NCBI GenBank assembly: GCA_018812265.1
Contig: JAHJDG010000009.1
Location: 5,042-69,041, forward strand
Source: a bacterium
Lineage (GTDB): Bacteria; Electryoneota; RPQS01
Length of the DNA: 64,000 nucleotides
Direction of reading: 5' to 3'
The translations under genes were made by a program, and so were the position numbers. How positions within the stretch are numbered: position 1 is the first letter of the stretch; each line of letters opens with the position of its first letter. The notes under the pieces are model-generated. The model did not search any database. It saw only the letters and a list, made by a program, of their open reading frames with translations, and was not told the DNA's origin. Positions 62,740 through 64,000 of the stretch are shown here, piece by piece.

Positions 62740-64000
62740 GTGTCCTTCCTCTTCATCTCCACCTCAAGATTCCCTTTTCCGTCGGAGCGTATGGCCGCCG
62801 GACCCTCGAGCTGGGAAATGTCACCCTCCACGCCGTCAATGGATATTACCGTCTTTGCTGAAATCCGTTCCCGAATCACCACCACGCTTTCGTCCCCCTG
62901 TTCTCGCTGTGCAATCTGCCTTGCCAAGTCCACGTTTTCCGCTTCCTTCTGTGCCATCAGCTGCAGGGTGGGAAGCACCGATTCGATCAACCTGCGATAT
63001 ACTTCAACCTGCTTTTTCGATTGCTGATCTTGGTTCATGCGGTGTTTGGCGAGGAACTTCATCAGGATCGTTTGAGGGCTCGTCGCTCCGATCTGATGCA
63101 TCAAATCTGAACCGAGAAGCAGTTCGATCCGGCTCAGATTCTCGCGGGCCTTCTCGACGAATTCCTGGTTATCGCGAACGCGTTGTTTGAAGAAGTCCAA
63201 CATTCCCACGCAAATCGTTGACAGGATATTGCCCTCATCGGCGTCAATTCGGTCGAGAATCGCCTTTTTTCGGGCGACGATCTTGCTCCCCTGGACCGCG
63301 CCCGCCGAAACGGTGTCGGCGACGACCGTCGAATCCTTTACGGTACCCTTGATGATGATCTTGTCCTTGGCCGACAGCCGCGAATCGCGAACGGATCCTT
63401 GCGCAATGACGCTGCGATCACTGCTGACAATTGAGCTTCGGATTTGCCCCTCGACCGTAATGTCGTCTCCCGCCTCGATGATGCTGTCTTCCTGAACGTC
63501 ACCCGAGACGAACACCTCGGAGTCGGTGAGGATACGGCTGCCAATATGCAAATCTCCAACGACCTCGACGCACTGACTGGTGGAGATATCCACCACCTGA
63601 TTGCCCTCTACCCGAAGAAGCGGATTGATCTTGAGCCGAACCGCCCGCGGGAATTCCTTGACCCCCTGGAGCGTCTTGACACGACGAATCTCGCGGTCCA
63701 CGACCACCACGCCGTCGGTCTCGGCCACGGCTTCATTATGATCGAAGGACAAGGCAACGCCCGGGCCGGCCTTCAACTCAACGTCGAGTCCGCTGCGCGG
63801 AGGAAGCGTCTCTCCGCGTACGTTCCGTCCGGCTTTTCGACCGACGGTTGCGGGCGTTTTCTGACATAGAAGATCACCCTTGCTGACTTTCCGCGAGGAG
63901 TAGTAGACGTCGGTATTGCCGGGCTCGGCGACGGCCTGAAAGAAGAACTGAATCTCCGCATCGGCTCCCGACTCCGGAAACTCCCCTCGGGCAACCAGAA
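62736..64000 (-). CDS. DUF342/FapA-like polymer-forming protein (N-terminal domain + left-handed beta-roll of hexapeptide-like repeats). The 5' end runs off the window.
   Basis: The frame is open from 64000 with no start codon, so the annotated start at 63776 is only the first in-window TTG. ...AVAEPGNTDVYYSSRKVSKGDLL...GRNVRGETL... is an N-terminal FapA-like domain. Repetitive V.G...V/I..G.V beta-roll. The stop overlaps the HK start. Confidence 0.6.
   Translation of the reverse strand, partial: LVARGEFPESGADAEIQFFFQAVAEPGNTDVYYSSRKVSKGDLLCQKTPATVGRKAGRNVRGETLPPRSGLDVELKAGPGVALSFDHNEAVAETDGVVVVDREIRRVKTLQGVKEFPRAVRLKINPLLRVEGNQVVDISTSQCVEVVGDLHIGSRILTDSEVFVSGDVQEDSIIEAGDDITVEGQIRSSIVSSDRSVIAQGSVRDSRLSAKDKIIIKGTVKDSTVVADTVSAGAVQGSKIVARKKAILDRIDADEGNILSTICVGMLDFFKQRVRDNQEFVEKARENLSRIELLLGSDLMHQIGATSPQTILMKFLAKHRMNQDQQSKKQVEVYRRLIESVLPTLQLMAQKEAENVDLARQIAQREQGDESVVVIRERISAKTVISIDGVEGDISQLEGPAAIRSDGKGNLEVEMKRKDT

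Noticed and set aside
63773-63994. 73-aa minus-strand ORF at the window end.
   Set aside because: It is in a different frame from the uninterrupted DUF342 reading frame, which covers the same bases with an FapA-like N-terminal domain, and its composition is low-complexity. It is probably spurious.

Overview
High-GC (~60%) bacterial chromosomal segment, probably from a non-Bacteroidetes FCB-group or candidate-phylum organism. The evidence is the many Por-type (T9SS) C-terminal sorting domains and the lack of a SusD partner next to a SusC-like receptor. The window has three parts. (1) 1-12.2 kb, minus strand: a tandem-Ig-domain lipoprotein, an orphan NtrC-family sigma-54 activator with its own -24/-12 promoter, and a compact type IV pilus core operon pilB-hyp-pilT-pilC-pilS-pilR, followed by pilA under a second -24/-12 promoter and a strong terminator. 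(2) 12.6-18.1 kb: ychF, a T9SS-sorted 10-blade beta-propeller repeat protein bracketed by an unusual family of degenerate ~28-nt direct repeats and poly-C/G hairpins, a Cys-rich secreted mini-protein, a DUF1385 membrane protein and rpmE. (3) 18.4-55.6 kb: a co-directional plus-strand alpha-glucan (starch/glycogen) utilisation super-locus. It encodes an esterase, GH31, an SSF symporter, three GH57-clan enzymes, a SusC-like TonB receptor with no SusD, a 1161-aa Ca-repeat T9SS protein, a PorV-like barrel, a 3xCBM20-like T9SS protein, a 2xCBM25-GH13 amylase with T9SS CTD, a GDE-like lipoprotein and a MalEFGK-like ABC importer. A convergent minus-strand block follows (GH31 with CTD, GH13, an RR/HK pair and a DUF342/FapA-like protein). 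A ~170-nt leader element is repeated upstream of three consecutive genes of the locus. Three large secreted proteins share an extreme C-terminal Fn3-like domain instead of the Por CTD. No rRNA, tRNA, CRISPR array or transposase was recognised.
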